IMG/VR virus record: IMGVR_UViG_3300038679_000051
Location: 128,001 to 192,000 of that record
Source: a virus
Taxonomy: Duplodnaviria; Caudoviricetes
DNA length: 64,000 nt
Strand: one strand, 5' to 3'
Shown here: positions 20,102 through 28,399 of the stretch, one piece after another
Layout of the letters: every line of letters starts with the position of its first letter
How positions within the stretch are numbered: the first letter of the stretch is position 1
Made by a program: the position numbers and the translations under genes
The notes under the pieces: model-generated
Seen by the model: only the letters and a program-made list of their open reading frames with translations
The model's database searches: none
Told to the model about the DNA's origin: nothing

Positions 20102-20712
20102 TAGACACCCGCCTTAAATCCAGATGACCCAAATCCATTTGATCCCCGTTTGCTTGGTCGCAGCGCCTCTGCTATTTCACATTTAAAATTAACCGTTTTA
20201 AATAAGATTAACTGAGCGATTTTCTGTCCATGTTCGATGTCTATAGGCCATGTATTCATGTTGTGGACTTGGATCAATAATTCATTTCGATAATCATCTA
20301 TGACACCTTCTACGACCCGTAATCTGAATCGCCGTTCGGAACTCGACCGATGTATGATCATACCCCAATAACCAATTGGAAATTCCGCTACAATACCAGT
20401 ATGTAAACAGATACGTTCGTCTGGATGTATGCGCATACATCCGTGTCCCCGCGAATCTGAATCAAGAACGGTCACTAGATCAAGGCCAGCATCATCATCA
20501 TAAGCACGTTGTGGTAACCCAAATTCTTTAGCTGCTTCGCCATACCCATCATCAGTGTATTTTATTCTAATTAATTGCTTATGTTCCTGTTCCTCTTTCC
20601 ACTTGATGACGTCTAGAACCAAATTAATTTCATCTTTCGAATATTTCTCTAGACCATTCATGTTTTTCATTCTCCTATTTCTAAATTCCTTGATTGATCT
20701 TAATTTTTTCAA
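20101..20712 (-). CDS. dut: trimeric dUTPase
   Basis: DAGLDL, RSS, GVIDDYR, IAQL, RGSNGFGSSG motifs. True start probably near 20670. Confidence 0.92.
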   Translation of the reverse strand: MKKLRSIKEFRNRRMKNMNGLEKYSKDEINLVLDVIKWKEEQEHKQLIRIKYTDDGYGEAAKEFGLPQRAYDDDAGLDLVTVLDSDSRGHGCMRIHPDERICLHTGIVAEFPIGYWGMIIHRSSSERRFRLRVVEGVIDDYRNELLIQVHNMNTWPIDIEHGQKIAQLILFKTVNFKCEIAEALRPSKRGSNGFGSSGFKAGV

Positions 20713-21373
20713 TTATAGTCCTGACGACCTCACCAACTGGCATAGAGACGTCAACATATTCTGCATGTAGTATTGTTCTCGCTGGTGAACCACAAATACC
20801 ATTGACTTGCTTGCTTTTAACGAAATTCTTAAGGTAATATCCATGCGTCTCTAATATCGTAGAATATGATTTGTTGACTCGTTTTAAGTAATCATCTCCA
20901 TATCGTTCTATCCTACAGCGTTCATTTCTTGCTTTACGTCTAATTTCTAAAACTTCATCACAGCATTTGAAGACAAACAACATGTCGATCAATGGTGGAC
21001 TCTCAATACAGGCATGCATTTTTTGAATCGTCGTTAGGTCTACGCCAAGCGATTCGCCATACACAATGTCGCTTATGAAATTACAGCGATCCATTATGAT
21101 CCATTTATCAAGGTTCTTTTTGAGTATCGTCTCTACAAAAACTGAATTATCACACAAAAACAACAACCGCTCAGTGCGTGGATCTATTTGGATGTCGTCT
21201 GAGAACGTCTCCGGCTGTTTGATTAATTTGCGTATGGTCTTACCCAGTGGTGTTGATCCTGGATTATTCGCCAAGATTGCCTGCCTTGATGTGATTTGCA
21301 ACCATTCTATTATTGCAGCAGCAACGGTTGATTTGCCGGTACAATCCGGTCCTTCGAGACAAATGATTGGCAT
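20681..21373 (-). CDS. tmk: thymidylate (dTMP) kinase
   Basis: LEGPDCTGKST P-loop, NPG, IMDRCNFISDIVYG. Confidence 0.88.
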   Translation of the reverse strand: MPIICLEGPDCTGKSTVAAAIIEWLQITSRQAILANNPGSTPLGKTIRKLIKQPETFSDDIQIDPRTERLLFLCDNSVFVETILKKNLDKWIIMDRCNFISDIVYGESLGVDLTTIQKMHACIESPPLIDMLFVFKCCDEVLEIRRKARNERCRIERYGDDYLKRVNKSYSTILETHGYYLKNFVKSKQVNGICGSPARTILHAEYVDVSMPVGEVVRTIIEKIKINQGI

Positions 21374-21375
21374 GG

Positions 21376-21588
21376 TTATCTCCTAATCTTTGATTTTAAT
21401 TCATCTTGTCGTTTCTTAATCATCTCGACTCTCTCGGCATTCATATACAGCGTTACTACGTTTTGGATATTGGCATGTAATTTCTCATATACTATGGTGC
21501 GCTTGTTCTTAGGAAGCAGATTTAAAGCTTCCAGCAATAATTCGGCCTCATTTTTCGGTAACTCTATCGTGATTTTCTTTTTGAACAT
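21376..21588 (-). CDS. hypothetical protein
   Basis: 70 aa; GGAGG SD. Confidence 0.55.
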   Translation of the reverse strand: MFKKKITIELPKNEAELLLEALNLLPKNKRTIVYEKLHANIQNVVTLYMNAERVEMIKKRQDELKSKIRR

Positions 21589-21597
21589 TGTGACCTC

Positions 21598-22164
21598 CTA
21601 AATCTTAGCCGTTATCAAACGGTTTTGGTGTTGATACTTACCATCATAGATATGGTTTGGTAAATTACCCCTAACGAATACTATCTGACATATCCCTGCT
21701 TCTGCATATACTTTGATTGGTATTGGAGATGAATTATGTAATTCAATTACCAATCTGCCAACCCAACCCGGTTCAAGTAACGTACAATTAATAACCAATG
21801 CACATCTAGAATAAGTACTTTTGCCAAATACCATGCCCAATACGTCATTAGGCATAAGAAATGCTTCCCTAGTTACTCCTAGTGCAGTTCCGTTGCTCGG
21901 CACGATGAAATATGCCAGACCATCTCCATCTATTCTTGGCTCCATCTTTACCAATAGTTTATCGTCAAATTTCCTTGGGTCAATAATGCCACCCCCAACG
22001 TTTGAAAATGCAAAGAATTCGTTTTTGTCGAGCGTCGCATCATATCCAAATGATTGCAACCCCCACGACGGCACTTTACGCCCGTATATGAGATTCTGTT
22101 TAGATTCGCATGGATTAACTATCCCAAGTGAATTTATTTCGTGATCAGGTAATGGTCCGTTCAT
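21598..22164 (-). CDS. dcd: dCTP deaminase
   Basis: SFGYD, GKSTYSR, LEPGWVGRLVIEL, GICQIVF, YDGKYQ. Confidence 0.92.
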   Translation of the reverse strand: MNGPLPDHEINSLGIVNPCESKQNLIYGRKVPSWGLQSFGYDATLDKNEFFAFSNVGGGIIDPRKFDDKLLVKMEPRIDGDGLAYFIVPSNGTALGVTREAFLMPNDVLGMVFGKSTYSRCALVINCTLLEPGWVGRLVIELHNSSPIPIKVYAEAGICQIVFVRGNLPNHIYDGKYQHQNRLITAKI

Positions 22165-22959
22165 TTAATCCTCTGGAAATGGAAGAGTGCCATCATTTTT
22201 ATCTTCTCTACTTGCCATCGCCCTACGTATTGATTCTGTCTCTGAATAACCCATCGTCCTAAACGTTTTTATGTCCTGTTTTATGGAGTCATCGGATTTT
22301 GTCTGTTCGACGCTCCGTTTAATTATTTCCTTGATCTGTGTTGTGGTAACGTCGAATCTATTAACGTTGAATTTCTGACACGTATCTAATGTGATGTTAC
22401 AACTCAATTTGATTGGGTACGGTATGACTTTTCTGATGCTAGATATGATGCTATTTTGTACGTCATCATTGCATTTTGGCGACACTAAATGATGGTCCGT
22501 TCTAATATATGCAACCGGCACGCTCTTCGCAGCTTGTAATATGAGATCAATTGCTTCTTTACTACGATGCAATGCACCTAGAACGAATCTGATCTCTAAT
22601 GTCGGATTAATTCTAGTTCTGATGAATTCAGTTAGGGCTTTCATTTCATTAATTGTCTCGCCTAGATTTTTACCTTCAGTTATTAATACGTCAAATCCAT
22701 CCGATTGAAAGACGCTTCGGTCAAGATTTTTGAATTTATCCAGCGCATAATTGTTGGATCTATCAAAATCAATTGCGGTTATGATTTTATATTGTGCACG
22801 TATCTTCGACCGTTCAACGATAGCAACAGGCACCAATATGGGTGGTATGACTATTGCAGGACAACGATATTTGGCGGCGAAAGTGATGGTGTCTGCCGTT
22901 TCCATTGGGGTTGATTCATTTCCGATATTGATTTCAAATCTCGATGTCAAACCAAACAT
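22165..22959 (-). CDS. DeoC (deoxyribose-phosphate aldolase)-like TIM barrel, catalytic Lys apparently replaced
   Basis: AIVIPP, IITAIDF, GFDV, IRFVL, YIRTDHH, IKLS follow DeoC strand order. Confidence 0.5.
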   Translation of the reverse strand: MFGLTSRFEINIGNESTPMETADTITFAAKYRCPAIVIPPILVPVAIVERSKIRAQYKIITAIDFDRSNNYALDKFKNLDRSVFQSDGFDVLITEGKNLGETINEMKALTEFIRTRINPTLEIRFVLGALHRSKEAIDLILQAAKSVPVAYIRTDHHLVSPKCNDDVQNSIISSIRKVIPYPIKLSCNITLDTCQKFNVNRFDVTTTQIKEIIKRSVEQTKSDDSIKQDIKTFRTMGYSETESIRRAMASREDKNDGTLPFPED

Positions 22960-23471
22960 GCATTTCTCCTTCTAGCCAATCCTGTGATTGCTTCTAACAA
23001 TTTCTCTGGATTGAGAAAAAACGTCTCATCTATTGTATCATGTTTGGCGAATTCAGCCAAAAGCCAGAAAGATGGTATTCCGTCTGGACAATCGAAGAAG
23101 ACATCTTTGCTCAGTTGCTTGGCAAGCAACAATTCCTCTATGGTGCCAACTGTAAAAATTTTTGGTAGACGACATAATATGACGTCACTAATTGTCACCA
23201 TAGTTCTACACATTTCTATGCAGGCGTTCATACCAACAAATGCATCCTTAACGTTTTTGCGTTCATTCAACATTTTCCAATATTCATCTTGTGGCAAGTA
23301 TGCTTCTTTTGGCATGCCATGTGGCTTGATCAACGGATTGAGAATCGATATTAAATTTCTGTTTGATATGTCTCTTATCGTAGATAATTTATACGTCCAC
23401 CAATCACGCCAGTCGCCGGGCTTGGCATCATGTTCAATTGGGCCGCATAGATAAACTGTGGTGGTGACCAT
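22947..23471 (-). CDS. nucleoside 2-deoxyribosyltransferase / N-glycosidase-like protein
   Basis: VYLCGPIE...WR...ILNP...SDVIL...VGTIEEL. Start set at MVTTT by the GTATT spacing. Confidence 0.75.
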   Translation of the reverse strand: MVTTTVYLCGPIEHDAKPGDWRDWWTYKLSTIRDISNRNLISILNPLIKPHGMPKEAYLPQDEYWKMLNERKNVKDAFVGMNACIEMCRTMVTISDVILCRLPKIFTVGTIEELLLAKQLSKDVFFDCPDGIPSFWLLAEFAKHDTIDETFFLNPEKLLEAITGLARRRNACLV

Positions 23472-23475
23472 AGAC

Positions 23476-23916
23476 ATGAAATACATTGTTAATCCGATAC
23501 GGCTCACTAAACGAAGTTGGGTAGATTGTCCTAATTGCAACGGCATTGGCTCAAAAATTGTCAGGGATGGTGTAATTAAAGTATTAAAATGTGCCGAATG
23601 CAAAAAATACGTGAAATTACATAATTACTTTAAAACAAACGATCTTGGTCATGTTTTAGGTAAATTGATCAATACATATAATGATTTGAATTCGATATTA
23701 GTTAGTTTGCCAAAAGATTTGGATCAGAAATTAGTCATTGATATTCTGAACGTCGCATTGTCGCGTGACATGATCGTAGCGGCAAAAATATATGGGAAGA
23801 TTACGTTGTATCGTTCACCTTTCCCTGTGTACGTCATGAAACTGAGGAGACCTAGATATGCCAACAAAACCGGAACAAAAAAAGACCGCCGCCGGTCCAT
23901 ACGGTGGGGGAAATAA
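23476..23916 (+). CDS. zinc-finger protein (CxxCxGxG, CxxC) with basic tail
   Basis: CPNCNGIG...CAEC; ATG in frame with track ORF 23458. Confidence 0.5.
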   Translation: MKYIVNPIRLTKRSWVDCPNCNGIGSKIVRDGVIKVLKCAECKKYVKLHNYFKTNDLGHVLGKLINTYNDLNSILVSLPKDLDQKLVIDILNVALSRDMIVAAKIYGKITLYRSPFPVYVMKLRRPRYANKTGTKKDRRRSIRWGK

Positions 23917-24031
23917 ATATGGACAAATGACGATTAAGAATGAATTCATAGTCGTCAATGATCGACCTTCCGGGAAATTCGGCAAAAAAGCCGATAACAG
24001 CAACGAGAAAAGAAAAGAAAGGAGTTAAAAC

Positions 24032-24238
24032 ATGCCACAGAGAGACGGTACTGGACCCGCTGGGAAAGGACCAATGACTGGACGTGGGGCTGGTTATTGT
24101 TGGGCACGTGATCTGAAACAACGTGGCCCTCAGAATGCGCCAGGGAAGAAAAATCCTGGCATAAGCCGTAATATGGGCCAAAACGTGCAATCACACCAAC
24201 CTAATCAATCACCACCCCAAGGGTGGCGTTATATCTGA
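24032..24238 (+). CDS. DUF5320-like Gly-rich small protein
   Basis: MPQRDGTGPAGKGPMTGRGAGYC matches the DUF5320 N-terminal signature; AAGGAG SD. Confidence 0.75.
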   Translation: MPQRDGTGPAGKGPMTGRGAGYCWARDLKQRGPQNAPGKKNPGISRNMGQNVQSHQPNQSPPQGWRYI

Positions 24239-25497
24239 TTGGAATATGATTCAACTAAATTGACGACATTAATGGCATCTTTGTCCATATATATTTCCCA
24301 TTGTGCAGAATTTGCATTATTGTCCATACAGACGTATTCAATGCCATGATTGTCAATCCATTTACTGCCAATCGTATATCCTTTACTCACATCATCATGT
24401 GGCGTTGGTTTCCGTTCCTCATCCATGTTGTGCTTTGTTAATTGTGGTATTATATCATTCTGCATTAATGTCATTCTGATTATGCGCAATTTCTCCTTTA
24501 CTGAACTTGAATGTAAGCCCAGGAATTTGGCTATCATTGAATAATTATATCTTGCTTCTTCACCAAATTCCATTAAGAAAATGTCTGGTGGATCGGACAT
24601 TATTAAATAGACGTCTCTACATTCTTCCGGAATTAAATCATCGATCTCTCTAAGATTTACGCTCTTGCGCTCAATTTCGTTGTGTTTGCGGTTATCAGTC
24701 TGCATCCGATATTCTAGTGAATCTCTATATCTATCGTTTTCTTCATCACCACCCTCAAAACTCGTTATAGATAAATTCTCTTTATGCCTCTGCTCCACGG
24801 TAATGGTTATGTCATTCAGACGGGTGATGATTATCATGCCAGGAATTACGTTTATAGAACATCCAGATCTTTTGACTATGTCTACGAATTTGGATGCTCC
24901 AATTATGCCATCATCCATGTTTAATATTGACATTACGTTGCTACTACAGTGATCAGTATCTAATTTGATGAACGTGTGATTTTCATCATGCGTTAAAACA
25001 TATCTGTTTTCGAGTCCTTGTGAATTTAATAATTTTTTAATCTCTTCTATGACTATTTCCTCACCCGCAATTTTCTTCTTCTGTGAAATTGTAACCGCTG
25101 GTATTACGTTTTCCCTAATGATCTGTTTTAGATAATTAAACACCCAATATGTAAAAATTTTCCTCATTTGGTTTGGATCATTTAATACTTCATTCTCTAC
25201 TGGCTGCACGAACAAAGTCGTGACACCAGCTCGCATGACTGCTATGTCAAATTCACCCTGAGCCACTTCTGGGTTACAATATTCGTTTTTAATTGTGGTG
25301 GCCAATTTCCTACAGAAAATGCTCCGACATTTTTGCATTTCTGGCATGCTTCGTACTCGCCGTATCAATGTGTCTAGCCTTTCTCTGTCCCCATCCGACA
25401 AATTTTTCAATGTGTCGTTGTATCGTTTTCCTCTGAGGAAGAGTTTGGCTACTTGGCGCATTTCTGTTTTCTCCAAATCTAATGTTAAATGATCCAC
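24229..25497 (-). CDS. divergent sigma-factor-like protein
   Basis: Region-2-like FTYWVFNYLKQII; region-4-like HTH YSMIAKFLGLHSSSVKEKL. Confidence 0.5.
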   Translation of the reverse strand: MDHLTLDLEKTEMRQVAKLFLRGKRYNDTLKNLSDGDRERLDTLIRRVRSMPEMQKCRSIFCRKLATTIKNEYCNPEVAQGEFDIAVMRAGVTTLFVQPVENEVLNDPNQMRKIFTYWVFNYLKQIIRENVIPAVTISQKKKIAGEEIVIEEIKKLLNSQGLENRYVLTHDENHTFIKLDTDHCSSNVMSILNMDDGIIGASKFVDIVKRSGCSINVIPGMIIITRLNDITITVEQRHKENLSITSFEGGDEENDRYRDSLEYRMQTDNRKHNEIERKSVNLREIDDLIPEECRDVYLIMSDPPDIFLMEFGEEARYNYSMIAKFLGLHSSSVKEKLRIIRMTLMQNDIIPQLTKHNMDEERKPTPHDDVSKGYTIGSKWIDNHGIEYVCMDNNANSAQWEIYMDKDAINVVNLVESYSNQI

Positions 25498-25527
25498 AGT
25501 ATTTTAATGCTCTTGGGGGGAGCAAAC

Positions 25528-26199
25528 ATGACAAAGTACGTCGATACGAAAGAACTTGAAAAGACATGGGGAGGATGGCTAAACGACAAAGACCCACAGA
25601 AATGGGAGTCTCTATCGTTGATGGTTTACAAAATATGCGACGGAGTGTCAACACATTTCAATCCTAAAAATGATGACGAAAAAATTGAACATACCCACGA
25701 CGCTACGACAGCAATCCTGGATAAGATCAATTCAGGGAAATTGCGATTTGTCGCTGGCAAAGCACCAGTATTTAATTTATTAACGACCACTGCATTCCAC
25801 TTATTGTACTCGAAAATGAATAAAGCCAAAAGGCTCAAACAACAAATAGACAAGTACAAGCAAAAAATTTCAACAAAGCTCATTGATATCAAATCCTATG
25901 AAAGAAGCCAAAATTTTATGTCCGTGTGCAATTTTACCACACCGTTAATTCCTTGTCAAGTATCTAACGAGAAACTAACCAATGACAATGATGACTATAA
26001 ATACATAATTGATCGTTATCCAAATGTCGTGCCGGGTTCTTTCATACGTGATCATTTAAAAAAGAGAACGTCATGTTTGATTAATTGTAAATGTGGTGAG
26101 CAGGTGAGAGTCCTAACATGTAGTTTGTTCCAAACAAAATTATGTCATAAATGTAAATCGAGGAAAAGACATGGCATCGCCGCCAATGAGACGCGTTAA
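25528..26199 (+). CDS. T4 gp55-like late sigma factor with C-terminal Zn ribbon
   Basis: KYVDTKEL...MVYKICDGVSTHF...PVFNLLTTTAFHLLYSKMNKAK parallels gp55 YVNNKEL...NPHAYIT; GGGGGAG SD. Confidence 0.65.
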   Translation: MTKYVDTKELEKTWGGWLNDKDPQKWESLSLMVYKICDGVSTHFNPKNDDEKIEHTHDATTAILDKINSGKLRFVAGKAPVFNLLTTTAFHLLYSKMNKAKRLKQQIDKYKQKISTKLIDIKSYERSQNFMSVCNFTTPLIPCQVSNEKLTNDNDDYKYIIDRYPNVVPGSFIRDHLKKRTSCLINCKCGEQVRVLTCSLFQTKLCHKCKSRKRHGIAANETR

Positions 26200-27223
26200 C
26201 ATAACGATAAAACATAATCTGCCAAAATTTGTAAATCTTGGGCGACAAACAATAGCTGCGGCTAGAGCAACCAAGACGGCAAAAATTCCACAAACATTAA
26301 AACGGCAATCATCTACGTTGGTGGTGCAACATTCTCGACCATCACCTGTACCACAACCTCAATTGCAACCTCAACCTCAACCTCAACCTCAACCTCAACA
26401 ATTACGACGACCAACGCCGCAAGAGCTTAGAAGGCCGTCGGTTGTGGCTCAACCGAAACGTATACAATTAAAAAAGACATCAGCCAACGTCGCAGGAATA
26501 CGAAAAACATTAATCAACGCCATAGATGCTAACGTTGCACAATTAAGAGACGTAGGAAAAGGACGTATATTGATCGTTGTAGGTAATGGTCCATCGATTT
26601 CAGAAGCACCACTAGATAAATTAAAAGGCGTCGAATTGATTGATATAATGTCAATTAACAAACCAGACAAAAGACTATGGCCGACTAGATGGTGGTCAAT
26701 CTGCGATCATACTCAATATTTGCGAAATCCAGACAATTGGAATGACACTAGAACGCACGTAATCACAGCTACCTCTGTCAGAGTCAAAGACAGAACTGAG
26801 AATAGAACCATAGTTAGAATAAAGCAGGGGATAGGATTCTCTAGAGATTTAATGCAAGGATATCACATAGGTAGATCAACGGTATATGCAAACATGCAGA
26901 CTGCGCATTATATGAATTATGATAAAGTATTTATTTTTGGGTTAGACATGTGTGCTGATCCAAAAACTGGAAAATTACATCATTATGGGACGAATCCTGA
27001 TGTCAGCCCTAACATACGTAAGGATAGGTTTAAACATGAGGCCAATAGTTATCAATGGGCTGCAGACAATTTAACGGAAAATGAAAGAGACAGATATGTC
27101 ATTTGTAGCGCCTGGAACCCATGGCCGTTCGCCAATCGTTTCAATAGACTCGACCATAAAACTGCCGTCGATGACATACTTAAATTAGTTGAACAGATCA
27201 AGGCTCGCCCAAAGGAGGGTTGA
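26171..27223 (+). CDS. DUF115/MptE-like (sialyltransferase-type fold) protein with basic Pro/Gln-rich N-extension
   Basis: IVVGNGPSI...SIN...VFIFGLDM...HHYG. Confidence 0.65.
   Translation: MASPPMRRVNITIKHNLPKFVNLGRQTIAAARATKTAKIPQTLKRQSSTLVVQHSRPSPVPQPQLQPQPQPQPQPQQLRRPTPQELRRPSVVAQPKRIQLKKTSANVAGIRKTLINAIDANVAQLRDVGKGRILIVVGNGPSISEAPLDKLKGVELIDIMSINKPDKRLWPTRWWSICDHTQYLRNPDNWNDTRTHVITATSVRVKDRTENRTIVRIKQGIGFSRDLMQGYHIGRSTVYANMQTAHYMNYDKVFIFGLDMCADPKTGKLHHYGTNPDVSPNIRKDRFKHEANSYQWAADNLTENERDRYVICSAWNPWPFANRFNRLDHKTAVDDILKLVEQIKARPKEG
26366..26395 (+). repeat. (CAACCT)x5 coding repeat (QP)n
   Basis: Five exact hexamers read directly. Confidence 0.9.
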
Positions 27224-27582
27224 AAGTGGAGAACCAAGTCCAATTTGAGACTATATTAACACAAGAATGGCTTTCAAACGTTCAGAGAAAAATAACCAAT
27301 GAGAAAACAGTAACTGAACAGATGGCTGTTCTGGTTGAATTATTGGGACGCTGGAAGACATTATTGCGATCTATGAAAATTGAAATTGAACGGTTTGCCT
27401 TGAAATTCGGTGAGGATAATTCCATATATCTTTTTGTAATTGCACAACCAAAAGCTATGACCAAAGAACTTTATTTATTAACATCCCAATTGGACGGGAT
27501 AGTCCATGCAATTACGGGATTTGATTGTGAATCAGCATTAGTTGAAGAAGCACCACTCACAGCAAACTGTTTGATAAATTAA
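27220..27582 (+). CDS. hypothetical protein
   Basis: 120 aa; AGGAGG SD. Confidence 0.55.
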   Translation: MKVENQVQFETILTQEWLSNVQRKITNEKTVTEQMAVLVELLGRWKTLLRSMKIEIERFALKFGEDNSIYLFVIAQPKAMTKELYLLTSQLDGIVHAITGFDCESALVEEAPLTANCLIN

Positions 27583-27866
27583 TGATTATACTTTCTGCTA
27601 ATTATTGCTTTCCATTGTAGAAGAATTTCTGCAACTACCATTCCATGACGATTCTGGTCGATAGCCATATGTTTAATCGACGTTTTTAATAAATGCTCCG
27701 CGATCACAGTTGCAGTTACATCCTCTTTGAGTAAGCGGAAAACTTGCGGAACATATTCATGGTATTCATTACGTGCTTGTGGAGTCTCTGCTACTCCAAT
27801 GGGATCCCAGACATAATAAAGTACTTCGTCAATGATGCGATAAAGTTCTTCATCATGGGTCATCAA
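27579..27866 (-). CDS. small conserved bacterial-type protein (WDPIGV...DEY family, DUF1871-like)
   Basis: DEVLYYVWDPIGVAETPQARNEYHEYVPQV. Confidence 0.6.
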   Translation of the reverse strand: MMTHDEELYRIIDEVLYYVWDPIGVAETPQARNEYHEYVPQVFRLLKEDVTATVIAEHLLKTSIKHMAIDQNRHGMVVAEILLQWKAIISRKYNH

Positions 27867-28399
27867 ATCGGTCTCTTTTTAGAATAGAATTGATTTGATG
27901 CCATCGATGCAGTGATAGGCGTAGGCGCAATGGTTGGGGCGGTATCAAGATATCCACCTTGTTTATGTTGTAATTCACCTACGATGAATTTGATGATCTG
28001 TTTCGGCGTAACCATTTTTCTAGAAGACATCGACGTCGCACCAGCATACTGACCAAGATTCAATTCATTAATGTCCTTGTGGGTTGAATTACCCAAGTAC
28101 ATTCTACTATGTCCCAAAACAAATAAATTCCATCCAACTCTTACTGTGCCGCTTGATGGGTCTATTTCTTCCATGTATGGTACGATTTCCACCTTGCCTA
28201 AAAGTTGAGGTATTTCTTTAGATAAATCAGCAATCATAGGGGGATAAACATGTATGTCGAAATTATCTGCAAATCCCTTTTTGATGAAATAACGAATGAG
28301 CAGCCTTTTGGCATATTCAAGGTTAAACATCATTCTAATTTTTTCCTGAATTGTTTGTCGCATTCCATCCTCCTGTCTTATTTTTGAATGACTTTTCAT
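27863..28399 (-). CDS. hypothetical protein
   Basis: 178 aa, 4-nt overlaps on both sides. Confidence 0.6.
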   Translation of the reverse strand: MKSHSKIRQEDGMRQTIQEKIRMMFNLEYAKRLLIRYFIKKGFADNFDIHVYPPMIADLSKEIPQLLGKVEIVPYMEEIDPSSGTVRVGWNLFVLGHSRMYLGNSTHKDINELNLGQYAGATSMSSRKMVTPKQIIKFIVGELQHKQGGYLDTAPTIAPTPITASMASNQFYSKKRPI

